Below, piece after piece: positions 13,373 to 26,389 of a stretch of DNA of 64,000 nt. The DNA lies in contig OX597824.1 in NCBI GenBank assembly GCA_951406725.2, positions 34,968,001-35,032,000 of the forward strand. The letters are read 5' to 3'. The stretch comes from Octopus vulgaris. Its lineage: Eukaryota. The stretch's first letter is position 1. Each line of letters begins with the position of its first letter. A program made the translations under genes and the position numbers. The notes below the pieces were generated by a model, which saw only the letters and a list, made by a program, of their open reading frames with translations, was not told the DNA's origin and searched no databases.

Positions 13373-14359
13373 TATTAAAAAAGATATCATTTGAAGTGAC
13401 CACACATATTTTGCAGGTATTTTAATATCTTATACCAGAGCTTCTTGCACTTCTCACCTTCATTGACATTTATCATTATCAACAACATTCATAATTTTAC
13501 TAGTGTACACTAGAACCTCACTGATCCTCATCACTTCTATCGCAATTACTTTTTTCATAAAAAATATTGAAGTCACAATTACCTTTCTTCAATATCTCTG
13601 ACTACCATTTATATAGCAAGGAATGCCTACTCTTTTAGATACAAGGAAATGTGATAATTCTTTATACATGCTTACTTTAAATCTGTTGTTGATGTTAGTC
13701 TTCACTGAGTCATAGCTAAGAAGCAGACCTATTACATACATATTACACACATGTAAACCTGAGGAGTTTTTCTACTTCATTAGCTCCTTTATAACCTTCA
13801 ATGCTCAACAACAACTACTTTCTACAGTCCAAGCCAAAAAACATCCACATCTTTCTTTAATCTTCCAATTTTTCCTTCAAAAGGAACAAATCATTGATAT
13901 AATGCAAAAGTGTTGTAAGTCCAAAACATTGCTTTTTCAGAAAACGAGAAAATAGTTTCACCATTCCATTTCTTTTTACATTAGCAACAGTTTCAGCTTT
14001 ACAATAATACTTTGTTAGATGCATAAAATCATAACTTCATGCATGTATGATATTTTCAGTCAGAGATATTTTTACAAAACTGTTTGCAAACCATTGTACT
14101 ATACTTTGACAATTTTCATACCTTGGCATCTAAAGCAGCTGGAGATACGATAGTTTAACCAAAAGAACCAGCTATTGCAAGCAAAATTAAATATTGGAAA
14201 AAAAAAACCCCACATTTGGCCAAATTTGGATATACTTTTAACATAACTTTTAACATAGTTTAACATAATAGCAACGAAATATTTACCAAATGATTTCGTC
14301 AGAACTCCCTTCCTCCAGCAACACACAAAATAGAACTTTCACTCCATGAGTCCATGTTA

Positions 14360-14860
14360 GTTCCTTTTTCTCAAACATCATCTTTATAACCAGATATTTT
14401 GATGTGGTGTGAAAGAAAGAAAGTTGTAAATATAGTCGAGCTAACAGTTCCTCATGAAGATAATATGGACGCCACTCGGGCTCGAAAATTGAACCGTTAT
14501 GAAAACCTCCTCGAGGAATGTGAAGATGTAGGCAGGAAAGCGGAACATTTTCCTATCGAAGTCGGATATAGAGGGTTTGTTGGACACAGCGTGAGACGAC
14601 TGTTGTTATCGCTAGGCCTAACTCATCGTAAAGTCAATACCACCATATCCAATCTGCAGTGGAGAAGGCTAGCCACTGGATTTAGTTAAAAAGAGACGAT
14701 GAGCGATGGCTAGAAGTATATTGAGTTCTTCATAACCAGCTGATCTAGCAAGCGGGGCCTCATATCAGTGAGGGGGCCGGTGCGCATTGATGCCTTCGAG
14801 AGGTAGGCCCCGAAACGGCGCGCATTCTCTCCTGATGTCCCCATACACTTGCTAGCTTCC
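14360..14860 (+). mobile_element. 3' end of an RLE-type non-LTR retrotransposon (Hero/NeSL/R2-like)
   Basis: PDILMW...VELTVPHE....A..RK...Y..L...PIEVGYRGF is the restriction-like endonuclease signature; followed by a GC-rich structured 3' UTR. Confidence 0.8.
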
Positions 14861-15275
14861 GGTATACGGAGCTTTTAACTGGTAGCACTTGCATGTGCAA
14901 GTTGTTTGCAAGACACCTTAAAATTTAGTTCAATGTCACCGAATACTTCAACTTCACCAAGCCAATGAGAGATCTTCTATATGGTTGCTTAACCTACTAG
15001 ATATAACAGTTAAATCCCCCCGCCTCAAAATCACTTCCTATACTTTTTCTAAAATGAAGGTAATTTGTTAATGTATCCCAAGAAACACTGTATGAATAAA
15101 ATACAAGGTGGTCAAAACTGATGTATCTCTGATCAAAGGTTATCTTGATCAGGGCTAAAAAATAACTTCATCTCCAGCAAATCAGTAGTACATGCAGGGT
15201 CAGTAATATATTCCATGTAGATGATCGTCTTTTTGGGTTTAAGAAAGATTCTTTAAAGATTGAAATTGTACTCAC

Positions 15276-15391
15276 ATTACTGATGGATTTGTTCTTCTTC
15301 AGAAATTCAGAAAAGTCTAAAACTCTACAGATTTTCTCTCCAGTATCTTGATACACATATTCAATCTTAAATCCTTTTAAATGGGTTAAAT
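15276..15391 (-). CDS. IL-17 receptor-like gene, exon 4 (LTHLKGFKIEYVYQDTGEKICRVLDFSEFLKKNKSISN)
   Basis: Acceptor TTTGTTTTCGTAG|, donor AT|GTGAGT; 116 nt, phase 1 to 0. The W..(x)..LKGF.I...C pattern resembles the first FnIII domain of IL-17RD/RA as recalled. Confidence 0.85.
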
Positions 15392-15419
15392 CTACGAAAA
15401 CAAATATAAATAAAGTCAA

Positions 15420-15497
15420 ATCAAACATTAAATGTTAAACATTAAAAATGTCAAACATTAAAAATGTCAAACATTAAAAATGTCAAACATTAAAAAT
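15420..15497. repeat. 16-bp tandem repeat (TCAAACATTAAAAATG, about 5 copies)
   Basis: Directly visible, just upstream (minus strand) of the exon 4 acceptor. Confidence 0.9.
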
Positions 15498-15739
15498 AAC
15501 AATAACAAAACAACAAAAGGACATACATAAGGAATGTATTAGTTTGACGCTCAGTAAAGTTGGAAAAAAAGAGTAGGTTCTGAACACCTCAAGCATAGCT
15601 CTTTGTCAGAAAGATGAAGAAGGGAAGTCTAGAGAAGGAAAAAAGTCCACAAACAGCACATCTGGTTACATGTGCTGAAGTAACCAGATCTGGGAAGAAA
15701 GTGGTTTTGGGGACAGGAGAGAGCGAAATATTGACCAGT

Positions 15740-16310
15740 GTGTATGGTAGTATCTGTGTGCATGTGCGTTTGTGTGAGTGATGTAGGCATAAGGGTGTGG
15801 TGAGATGTCAAATAAATGTACAGATTAGGAGCTGGCGTTTGATTTGGTGGTGAGAGGCGAGAGAGGAAGTGAGGAGTGTGTGGGTGTTGCTATGTGTTTG
15901 CATGTGTGCATATGGAGGTGTGACAATGTGACTGTCTGTGTGTGTGTGTGTGTGTGCGTGCGTGTGCGTATGAGTGTCGTTGAAGGTATGTGTGGACATG
16001 TGTGAGTGTGCATGTGTGTGAGAGGCAAGGTGACAAGTGTATGAGTACACTGATGTTGCTGCGTGTGTGTATGTGTGTGTGTGTGCGTGGGGCATGTGCA
16101 GGTATGTATATGAGTATGTGAGGGCATGTGTGTAGGTGTGTGCATATGTGTGGTTGTGTGTGTCTGCGCATGCATGCGTGTACAGGTGTGCATGTGCTTG
16201 TGTGAGAAGGGTTCCTTTTTGTACATGTCAGGATATATAAGCATGGGTGTGTGCATGCGTTATATGTATGTATTATGTGGGGGGGGGCAGCTATGTATAT
16301 GGGTGTGTAA
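15740..16310. repeat. Degenerate (TG)n microsatellite region
   Basis: Directly visible; source of the His/Thr-rich spurious ORFs. Confidence 0.9.
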
Positions 16311-16559
16311 AATGGATAAAAAAAATAAATAAAAATAAATTTTTGAAAATTAAAAATAAATTTTTTATAAAAGGTGTGTGGAAGATGTCACTGGAAGAAG
16401 GGGGTCATGTTAAAGTTAAGTTAAGTTAATTTTTTTGCTCAAAAAGCAAAAAGCAAGGCCATGTAGGGGGACATGGAGTTATGTACAGGGAGGGTGTTCA
16501 TGCAAAGAGTTCAGGCCATTTCTGGTCAAGAGGGACTTTGAACCGAGCAGTCGTCGGCA

Positions 16560-17930
16560 TCTTCACTATCTTGTCCAGCAGCTTATTCCACGGATCCGTT
16601 TAATCCAAATGGAGTTTGGGCCTGGAGAGTGAAGATGTAGCACTGTTCAAAGTGAAATATGGTGTTGGTGGGTTCTTAGTGTAAGGCCAGGCCAAAAAGC
16701 AGTGAGGTGAGATATGGAGTGGCCAGTGGAGCAAAAATGACAGGCAACAGCAGTATTTTTCTGCAGGCAGACATCCCCTCAGTGTTCAATAAATCGGTCG
16801 GCTAGCCGATGGTCCGAATGCAATATACCAGATTAGATGAGGGGCAGGAGAAGGAGTCCAAGAGTAGAGAGGTATCGACAACGCATAAACAAAAGGGTCA
16901 GGTATTGAGACCGAGTCTCAAAATCCTGGTCATGGCTGCACAGACTTCAGAGACAGAGGAATTAGGAAAAGGGGGTGATTCTTTTGGTGTGGGAGGAAAA
17001 CTTCAGGTAAAAGTGGGAGTCTGCAAGTTTGAAGGTAGAGATAGCAAGAGAGTGGATGAGAGAGAGAGAGAGATTGAGACAGAGAGAGAGAGAGAGAGAG
17101 AGATATCAAGGAAATTGACAGAAGTGTTGGAGATGACAGAGGTGAATTCAAGAAAAGATGAAAGTTAAAGACAAATGAGATAAAGCTGGTGAGCTGCTCA
17201 CCGGGGAGGGAGGTAGCACCAATGCAATCATCTATATGGCAATTGCATAGCTCTGGGGTTGGTCCAAAGAACTGTAAGAAAATGTGGGCCTTGGTGTAAC
17301 CGACAAATAAGTTGGCAATGTTAGGGCCCATTTTCGTTCCCATGGCTTTGCCAGATATCTGCTGGTAGATCTCACCCATGAAGATGAAGCAGTTAAGCAT
17401 TAGGACAAGTTCTGTAAAATGAAGAAATGTAGAAGTGCTTGGTGTGGGGTCAGTGCAACAGTTGAAGTACTAAGAGGTTGTCATTCTGGGGGCTGACAAT
17501 GTAAAGGGATTTAATATCTATGGTGAAGAGGAGATGTAAAGAGCAAGGAGGGAAGGAAAAGGAAATGAAGAGGTGGAAGGCACGGTTGGTACCATGTATG
17601 TGAGATGGAAGGGCAGCAGCTAAAAGGCAATGGATGAGGTCAAGGTATTTTGAAATGTGTTTTGTGGGGTAGTTACAGGTAGAAATGATGGAGTAGTCAG
17701 GGTTGTTGAGTTTATGAATTTTGGGAAGGAAATAGATGAGCCCGGTGACAGTAGTGAGGGAGGGCAGAAGAGGAGACAAGGTCATGGATGGTGGAGTATG
17801 TGCTGCTGGTAGGAGCGGAGTCAGAGGGAAGGAGGCAATAAAATGCAGGTTTCTGAAGGCTGTCAGAACACTTCCTCCATGTAAAGGTCAGTGCTCCCAC
17901 CACTGTGGCTCCACCTTTGTCTGCCAGCCA
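16560..17930 (-). mobile_element. Penelope-like retroelement, degraded RT and GIY-YIG remnant
   Basis: YFLPKIHK, LFTIDIKSLY, QISGKAMGTKMGPNIANLFVG and HIDDCIG motifs are typical of PLE RT; a pLTR-like segment with a decayed hammerhead lies at about 15500-15650. Confidence 0.8.
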
Positions 17931-17990
<60 letters not shown>

Positions 17991-18497
17991 TCATGCAATG
18001 ATTCCAAAAATATATTTAATATCTACTGGCTTGAAGATTTTACCAAAACTAACTTGTACAATCACATACAGTGACATAAGTTAGTTCATAACTGATTTTA
18101 ATATTGTGTGAATGTTTTGCTGCTACATGGAGCATCAAACTCATATAATTTTTTTTATTTTCTACCTTTAGTCTTTTACATATTTATAACAAGAAGCAGC
18201 AGCATGAATTTATGACATTCCTTTCTTTTATATATAGCTCTTTGTCTTATTCTTCAGGTCTCAGAATATGGTACAGAGTATCAAAATTAAATGTTATACC
18301 ATATCAACTGATAAAATATCACAATATTCACATCTTAACTAGATCTGACATAATAGTACATAATCTAAGTAAAAACTAAATTTCTTAGTTTGCTTTAAGA
18401 AATGAAATCTTTGTCTATGCAGTAACCATTTGTTAATGGATATGCACCATTCAATTATATCATAATGGTATATAGAATTTAAGAGAAATTTTCTTAC

Positions 18498-18626
18498 TTG
18501 CATTCCACACGGCTTTTATTCCATTTTTACTTTCTTTCAGGAAATTTGTTAGTTCAAGAAGCTTTGGCTTTTCTGGGAACTTTCCATCAGGAAAAGGCTC
18601 GAAGACATCCAAAGTCGCATTACAAC
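18498..18626 (-). CDS. IL-17 receptor-like gene, exon 3 (CNATLDVFEPFPDGKFPEKPKLLELTNFLKESKNGIKAVWNA)
   Basis: Acceptor TTTTAATGTTTCAG|, donor AA|GTAAGA; 129 nt, phase 1 to 1, open frame. Confidence 0.8.
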
Positions 18627-18759
18627 CTGAAACATTAAAAGTATTTCTTTGAGAAATTAGAGAAAACTAATTTTTACATCGTCAATGGTTCTTGAATGTG
18701 AATGACAAATGTGGGTCCTGTAATTTCTTGCTGAATAAGCTGCACAGATGATTTGTTTA

Positions 18760-20022
18760 TACAAGGGGTGCTGAAAGGTTCCAGGCTTTGGATCAGTTTG
18801 GAGGATCAATCAATTATGATTTTATTCAATATATTCCCTTCTCAGATTCACACTTATTGCAACAGCTCTTCAGTTTTTCTAAGCCCCGTAAAAAGAACTA
18901 GGTAGGTTGGGCCTCCAACCCGACCCCTGTAGCAGCAATGACTTCCAAATCAGAGTGAAATTTCATTCCACTGAAATGTTTTTTCAGTTGTGGAAAGAGA
19001 TGATAATTGGAGGAAGCCAGATCAGGAGAGCAAGATGGATGGTCTACTAATTCAAGGCCAAAGTCAAATATTTTCTGTAGATTTTTATGTGATGTGAGTG
19101 CTGGTGCACTGTCCTGCAAAAACGACACCACAGCCCAGTTTTCCACAACATTTTTGCTTCAAAACTTTATGCAGTTCATCCAGCAGAAGTATGTAGTATT
19201 CAGCATTGATAGTACAACCCTTTGGCAGGTATTTTATGAGGAGTATTCCATTTTTGTCCCAGAATACTGAGGCCAGAATCTTTCCAGCTGTCTTCTGGGT
19301 CTGAAACGTTTTGGGATGTGGTGAATCACTGTGGTACCACTCCATTAATTGCTGCTTGGTTTGGGGATCATAATTATGAAGCCAAGTTTCATCTATAGTA
19401 ACTGACGGAGCCATAAAATCAGCCTCTCCAACTGCAAACCAGTCCAAAATCACCTTTGATGTTGTCACTCTGATGCACTTCTGATTTGCATTCAGGCATT
19501 TTGGCACCCATTTTACAGAAAGCTTTCTCATGTCCAGAATGCTGTGGATGATGTCGCCAACTCTTTCCCTGGAAATTTCTAGTCTCAACTGTGATTTTAG
19601 CTGAAATCCCCAAGAATCATGACATGCACAGTGTTGGCTTTGTCCTTTGTGGTCGCAGAAGATGGCCATCCCGATATCTGTGACCTTGAAATGACCAGTC
19701 CCAAACTTTTGACACCCCAGATTTTCGCTGTGAAGTAAGATGGGCAGCCATCCTTCAAGACTTCCTTTATCTTGCCATGAATTGCTGCTGATCTTTTGCT
19801 TTGCAAAAAGAAGAACTTCCTGACCGCCTGTGCTTCAATTTTACCAAAATCCTCTGTAAGAGCTGTCATCATTTCTTAAATCTGCAAAAAAGAGAAATGT
19901 TGTATATCATCAGGATTTTTTGCGTATCTTCAAAATAATTGTCCTATCTCCCCCTGTAAAGGGTGCAGATCTATCCTTCCATGCATCCCTTAAAGCCAGG
20001 AACTTTACGGTACCCTGTCATA
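18760..20022 (-). mobile_element. Mariner DNA transposon, degraded
   Basis: WVPKCL, IDETW and HPSCSPDLASSNYHLF motifs; imperfect TIRs (GGGGTGCTGAAAGGTTCCAGGCTTT / AAAGCCAGGAACTTTACGGTACCCT). Confidence 0.88.
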
Positions 20023-20034
20023 ATGATCGAATGC

Positions 20035-20245
20035 TTGTGCTGTACATTAGCTGACTCCCACCATCAAATCAACAATGCATGTACCTGTTCACACTGTGCC
20101 ACACATCAGATGTCAGTAATTGCAGAGTAACATGAGATGAAGTGTTTTTTCTCAAAATTACAATGTGCAACCCAGTTAGGGAATCAAACCAACAGTCTTG
20201 CAATTATAAGAGCAACACCCTCACCCTTAGACCATATGCCAACAC
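20035..20245 (-). mobile_element. tRNA-derived SINE, family C (old copy)
   Basis: Reverse strand has a tRNA-like head (GGTTTGATTCCC); homologous to 50240-50510. Confidence 0.55.
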
Positions 20246-20796
20246 TCTTGGATATTATATGAGAAGAAAAAGCATGGAATGAGGGGCAAAAGGACTTAGT
20301 TGAGATAATTAACCATTCTTATCATTATTTTCTAATTTAGTTGATCAATATTTCTAACAATTCTTAGATATTCAAAGTCAAGATTATGAAATATGTAAAT
20401 TTTGTTTAAATGAATAAAAGTCATGAACATAAATTTTTACTTCATAAATTATAGAAACAGAACCATTTATTTTATATTTCCATACACCCTTCTACACCAA
20501 CCACTAATTTCTTTAAATTCTATCAATATATACTCCCTTCACAACTAAACTATGTATTGTCAATGAGACAAACTTCATTTGTAGATTGCATCTATAAACT
20601 GTATCCTGTCTACCTACATTATGGAAGCAGCATTTTATACCCAGTAGTTTCAGACTACTACTATCAGCCCATTGGTAGCTAAACCTCTTCCCTTTGCCAG
20701 AGCAATAAATGGTCCCTCAACTGAAAGATTAATGCAATATGCGTAGTCTTGCCCCTAGCGAAACACTCTAGTGCCAGTGGTGATCTGATAAAATTG

Positions 20797-21029
20797 AAGG
20801 TGGCGAGCTGGCAGAATCGTTAGCACGCCGGGCGAAATGCGTAGCCGTATTTCGTCTGCCGTTACGTTCTGAGTTCAAATTCCACCAAGGTCAACTTTGC
20901 CTTTCATCCTTTCGGGGTCGGTAAATTAAGGACCAGTTACGCACTGGGGTCGATGAAATCAACTTAATCCGTTTGTCTGTCCTTGTTTGTCCCCTCTATG
21001 TTTAGCCCCTTGTGGGTAATAAAGAAACA
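20797..21029 (+). mobile_element. tRNA-derived SINE, family A, with 9-bp TSD GATAAAATT
   Basis: Full-length copy; GATAAAATT at 20787-20795 and 21030-21038. Confidence 0.9.
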
Positions 21030-21484
21030 GATAAAATTAACCTGGTCAACAACAAGGCTGGCAACAGAATGGGTGTCTAAAGGTAAAAACTATGCCAAAT
21101 AAGAACAGAGGTTTGGAAGTGGGGCTCTTCAATCTCACAGAAGACAATTCCTTAAGTACATGTGGCATAATAAAATACATTCAATCAATGTTATATAAAA
21201 TAGTTGTGATAGGAGAGGAATCAAATTGTAAAAACTTGCCAAAAGGAGAAAGAAAGGAACAAATATCAAAGAGAATAGTTGAGTTCTACATCAAACAATT
21301 TCTCTAGTTTCAGTGGCATGATAAAAAATATCGATGCTGTGGAATGTTTGGTAACAAAAAGCACATGCAACTAGCTGTAACTGGCACTCTGTTTGTTACG
21401 ATGATGAGGATTCCAGGTGATCGGATCAATGGAACAGCATGCTTGTGAAATTAGTGTGCAAGTGGCTGAACACAATCCAGATAT

Positions 21485-21653
21485 CTCTTTACTCTTTTAC
21501 TCTTTTACTTGTTTCAGTCATTTGACTGCGGCCATGCTGGAGCACCACCTTTAGTCAAGCAAATCGACCCCAGGACTTATTCTTTGTAAGCCTAGTACTT
21601 ATTCTATCAGTCTCTTTTGCCAAACTGCTAAGTGACGGGGACATAAACACACC
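21485..21653 (-). mobile_element. SINE family B, 3' portion, abutting an RTE fragment
   Basis: Matches 41780-41945. Confidence 0.8.
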
Positions 21654-23120
21654 TTAACTACTAAGGAACTGTCAACTCGGATTGCTGGTCCCTCTGTTGG
21701 GTCGACATTCAGCAGACTCTCTTTATCCCATTCATTTTCCTCATTCAGCAACCTTTCATAGTGGCATCTCCAAACCGCTCTCTTTGCATCCTCATTTAGC
21801 GCAAGTGAACCGTCATCCTTGCAAACACATTTCTCTCCTACCACGTCACGATTCTCTCTCACACACTGTCTTGCAACACGAAATACCTCAAGTCTTTCAT
21901 CCTCACAGCGCAGAACATTGGCAAATTTTTTCTTATCTGCTTTCCCTCTGGCTAAATACACCTGCCTCCTAGCTTCCCTTCTGGCAGTCTGATACACTTC
22001 CCTGCTATCACCGTTCTTCCAGTTCTTCCAAGCCTGTTTCTTTTGTCTAATAGCCCTGTCAACAATATTGTTCCACCACCACGTTATTTTGGGTCTTGAG
22101 GGGACTTTGCACCAGCCACAGATCTGGTCAGTGGCTTTCAGCAGGTTGTCCCTTAGAAGCATCCAGTTGTCTTCTACCCCATGTGTAGCTATACCCCCTT
22201 CTATTTCGTCAAAGGCTACAAGTAACATGTCTCTAAATCTCTGTCCATTCACAGGGTCTTTAAGCTTCCAGACCCTTCTTCATGTTGGTCATCTTCTAGT
22301 TGTCCTCTTAGTCCTGATCCTAAAGTCACTAACTACCAGTCTATGTTGTGGGGTACATTCTTCACCTGGGAAGGTTTTGGCATTTATAAGCAGCCATCTT
22401 TCCCTTTTTCTGGCAAGGATGTAGTCGATTTGGCTAGTATGCCGGCCTGATCGGTAGGTGACCAGGTGGCTTGTCGGTTTCCTGAAGTTAGTGTTGCAAA
22501 CCATAAGACTATTCACATCGCAGAACTCCAGCAGCCTGGTTCCCTCCTCGTTGCGGGAACCATAACCGTAGCCTCCATGTACGCCATGGAAGCCCCCAGC
22601 ATATCGTCCAAAATGCCCATTGAAGTCACCAGCCACAAAGAGAAGGTCCCTGTCATTCATCAATGAGGTGGTCTGCAGTAGGGTGTCATAGAAACGTCTT
22701 TCTGTCCATAAGGTAGCCCTGGCTGAGGGGCATAGGCCGATATAATAGTTGCTAAACTATGATGGAGCACTAATCTAATCTTAAGTATTCTGTCACATAC
22801 TCTGACTACCTCGATTACCTTATCTACCCATTTTTCGGCGATAAGTATACCCATACCCCTGACCCCATCAGTATTCCCAGCCCAGAAAATCTTGTACCTC
22901 TGTCCTTTGTCTGTGAGGAACCTAGCAAAACCTCCTCTCCACCTCACTTCTTGAATGCAGCATATATCAACACACCTCCGTTCAAGCAATTCAACGATCT
23001 CGCCAGATCTGCCTTTCAGTGTGCCAACGTTGAGGGTGCCAACCCTGAGGGTGTGGGAGGTATTGGCCCTAGTAGCGTCATGAACCTGAAAAGAAAACTC
23101 GCGTTTGGCAGGATTCATAG
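21654..23120 (-). mobile_element. RTE LINE 5' portion (APE endonuclease and linker), lightly degraded
   Basis: LRVGTLNVGTL, CCIQEVRW, ISAYAPQ, AGDFNGH, SQIDYIL, TPQHRLV motifs. Confidence 0.92.
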
Positions 23121-23788
23121 ACAAACAATATACACACACACACACACATACTCATACATAGGCAGATAAGCATATACACAATAATGATGACATTTGCTAA
23201 TGTCATCACCACTGTTATGCCCACTTTACCATTTTTGTACCAACACGTACATTAAAGTCACCAACCATGACAAGTGGATGTCACAGAAATAGTTCTTTCG
23301 CTCATCCCTCAATCCAGAATGAGGTGTCTCAGTTGATATAACCACTGCTTTTGTTTCTCACCTATCTTTAAATTTATTCTGTCACATACTCCGACTACCT
23401 CAACCACTCTATTCAATTTCTTCGATTGCTGTATACATTCTCAACCTACAGCCATGTGGTTACCCAGCTAAAAGAATTTGTACCGGTGTTCATTAACTGC
23501 AAAGAGTCTGGTAGAAGCTTCCCTCCCTATTAACACTTTGAGCCAGCACATATCTACCTTTATTCTCTCTAACATCACTACAATATTCTAGATCAATTTT
23601 TCATTGCATCAACATAATTATATCTCATACAGTTTCTATGGTGGTTGTTATGATTGGATTGCCAATATAAACTGATTGAAAAACGTAAAATGATAAATTG
23701 TACACTTCTTTATATGGATTATTTATGTAGATAAATATGATTCTAGTATAATTTTTCAATTTGAAAGGTAGTTTAACTAAATACTTAC

Positions 23789-23816
23789 AGCTTGTCTTAT
23801 AATATTGATAATGTGC
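23789..23816 (-). CDS. IL-17 receptor-like gene, exon 2 (28-nt microexon, AHYQYYKTS[C])
   Basis: Acceptor TTTTTCTTTTACAG| and donor CT|GTAAGT; phase 0 to phase 1, exactly bridging exons 1 and 3. Confidence 0.7.
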
Positions 23817-24019
23817 CTGTAAAAGAAAAAAGAGGAATTCTTTAAAATATTTCATTTCCTGGAAATTTAATTTTAACTAAAACATTTAGAACACTCAATA
23901 AAAATATGTGGTGATTGTAAACCAAACTGAAGTCAAGCTATAATTAGGTTAACTCTACCCCCATCTTTTATTTAGACATATGATGACAAGAGTTTCACAA
24001 CTGCCTTACCACCATCACT

Positions 24020-26178
24020 CCTAAGAACACAATCTCATGGCTGCTATCATCAATGTTGGCACAATGAAAGGAAGGAGTGGGGAGATTATTGAAATGTTGG
24101 AGTGACGCCATGTTGATGTGTGTGGTATGCAAGAAATAAGATGGAAGGGAGCCTCAGCTAGATACCTCATGGGTAAGAGACAAATTCGAATTCTTCTGGA
24201 TAGGCAAGAGGGATGGAATGGGTGGTGTAGGCATACTGTTAGCAGAAAAGTGGGTGAATAAGGTAATTAAGGTAGTCAGAGTATGTGATAGAGTAATTAA
24301 AATGAGACTTATCATAGACAAATTAACAGTTACATTTATCTCTGCCTATACTCCTCAGTCTGGGTTGGCTGATGAGCAGAAAGACCAATCCTATGAAGTC
24401 CTTTCGTAGACTATCACAATTACAAATGTTAGAAACTTTGTTACTGTGGCTAGTGACTTCAATACGTTGGGCAGTATCCCCATGGATTCCAGGGAGTGAA
24501 TGGTGGCTATGGCTTAGGACCTAGGAATAGGAAGGGAACAAGACTGCTGGGGTTCTGTGATGCAAATGATCTTATGATCTGCAACACTAACTTTAGAAAA
24601 CCAAACAACAACCTAATTACTTATCAATCTGGTGGGAACATAAGCCAGATTGACTGCCTCCTCACCAGGCAACAAGATAGACAGGTGCTTACAAATACAA
24701 AGTCTTTCCCAGGTGAAGAATGTACAACCCAACATCGATTACAAGTTAGAGACTTCAGAATTAGAGCTAGACAGACTTGGAGAAATAAACCAATCTGGAA
24801 AAGAAGACTATGGAAGCTCAAAGAACCTGAAAACAGACTGAAATTTAGAAATTTCCAAATGGAAGCTTCTGACAAAAGAGAGGAACAGTCGGGAACATTT
24901 AGCTTAGAGGACAATTGGAAGTTCTTGCAGGACAATCTGAGGACTAAAGACGAAATTTGTGGTTGGTGCAGGGTCCCAGCTAGACTAAGGGGAGCATGGT
25001 GGTGGAACAAGGAGGTAGACAGTGCTATAAAAGCAGAGACAGGCCTGGAAAGATTGGAAAAACGTTGGAAGCACAGAATTATATCAGGTAGCCAGAAGGG
25101 AAGCTAGGCAAAGGCTGTACATAGCAAAAGGAATAGCAGAAAGTAAGAGATTTACCAATGTTCTACAGCATGAGGATCAGAGGTGTGAGGTGTTCAAGAT
25201 TGCAAAGCAGTGTATCAGAGAGAAAAGTGATGTGGTGGGTGAGAAATGTGTGTGAATGGATAATGGTATGCTTGCACCAAGTGACTTGGAGATGAAAGAT
25301 GCATGGAAGTGTCACTATAAAAGGTTACTAAATATGGAAAATGAATGGGGGAGAGACAACCAAATATTGAACCAGTTTAGGGACCAGCCATCAGAATTGA
25401 AAGCAGCATAACAGAGAAAGCAATTAAGGATATGAAGACAGGGAAAGCCCCTAGGCCATCAGGAATCACTGCCAAGATTATTAAAATTTCTGGTGGTATA
25501 GGATACAGCCTAGTCACTTGTATAGTTAATCAAGTTATTCAGGAAGGTGCTATCCCCAATGGCTGGTGTAGTAGTATTATAGATAGCTGTTACAAGGGTA
25601 AAGGTGATGCCTTAGAAACAACTACAGAGGTATCAAACTGTTGGATCAAGTCATGAAAGTTACTGAGAGGGTTATAGTTGAATTCATTAGGAGTAGAATT
25701 AAGCTAGATGAACTACAGTTTAGTATTGTACCTGGGAAGAGTACCACAGATGCCATCTTCCTAGTGAGACAGCTGCAGGAAAAGTATTTGGCCAAAAGTA
25801 AGCCATTGTACTTAGCCTTTGTCGACCTGGAGAAAGCTTTAGCTTTTGACAGAGTTCCCTGCTCTGTTATCTGGTGGTCTCTAAGGAAGTTAGGAGTACA
25901 GGAGTGGCTAGTTAGCACCACTGTACATGGCTTGTACAGCTCTACCAGTAAGGTGAGAGTCAACCACAAATACAGTGATGAATTTAGCATACAAGTGGGG
26001 GTTCACCAAGGCTCAGTCCTCAGCCCACTCTTATTCATTACAGTCCTCCAAGCCATAGTAGAGGAATTCAAAACTGGATGCCCATGGGAACTACTATATG
26101 CTGAAAACATCACTCTTATTGCAGAATCTTTAGCAGAATTGGAGAATACATACCAGGTATGGAAGCAAAACTTGGAAT
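24020..26178 (+). mobile_element. RTE LINE (APE endonuclease through RT), degraded
   Basis: ISAYTPQ, CNTNFRKP, FVDLEKA, GVHQGSVLSPLLF, WELLYA motifs across frameshifted ORFs. Confidence 0.92.
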
Positions 26179-26312
26179 GAATCCACTCACAAGGCTTTGG
26201 TCGGCCCGAGGCTAAAGTAGAAGACACTTGCCCAAGGTGCCACACAGTGGGACTGAACCCGGAACCATGTGGTTGGTAAGCAAGCTACTTACCACACAGC
26301 CACTCCTGCACC
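26179..26312 (-). mobile_element. SINE family B, 5' portion
   Basis: Matches 2760-2888. Confidence 0.8.
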
Positions 26313-26389
26313 TATCTACTTTTATTCTTCTATTTATTCCTTATAATCTGTGAATTTTCCTGTTTAGAACTTTCATACATACTCACCTT

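Noticed and set aside
15808-16332. His/Thr-rich and Cys/Val-rich ORFs
   Set aside because: Translations of a degenerate (CA/TG)n microsatellite.
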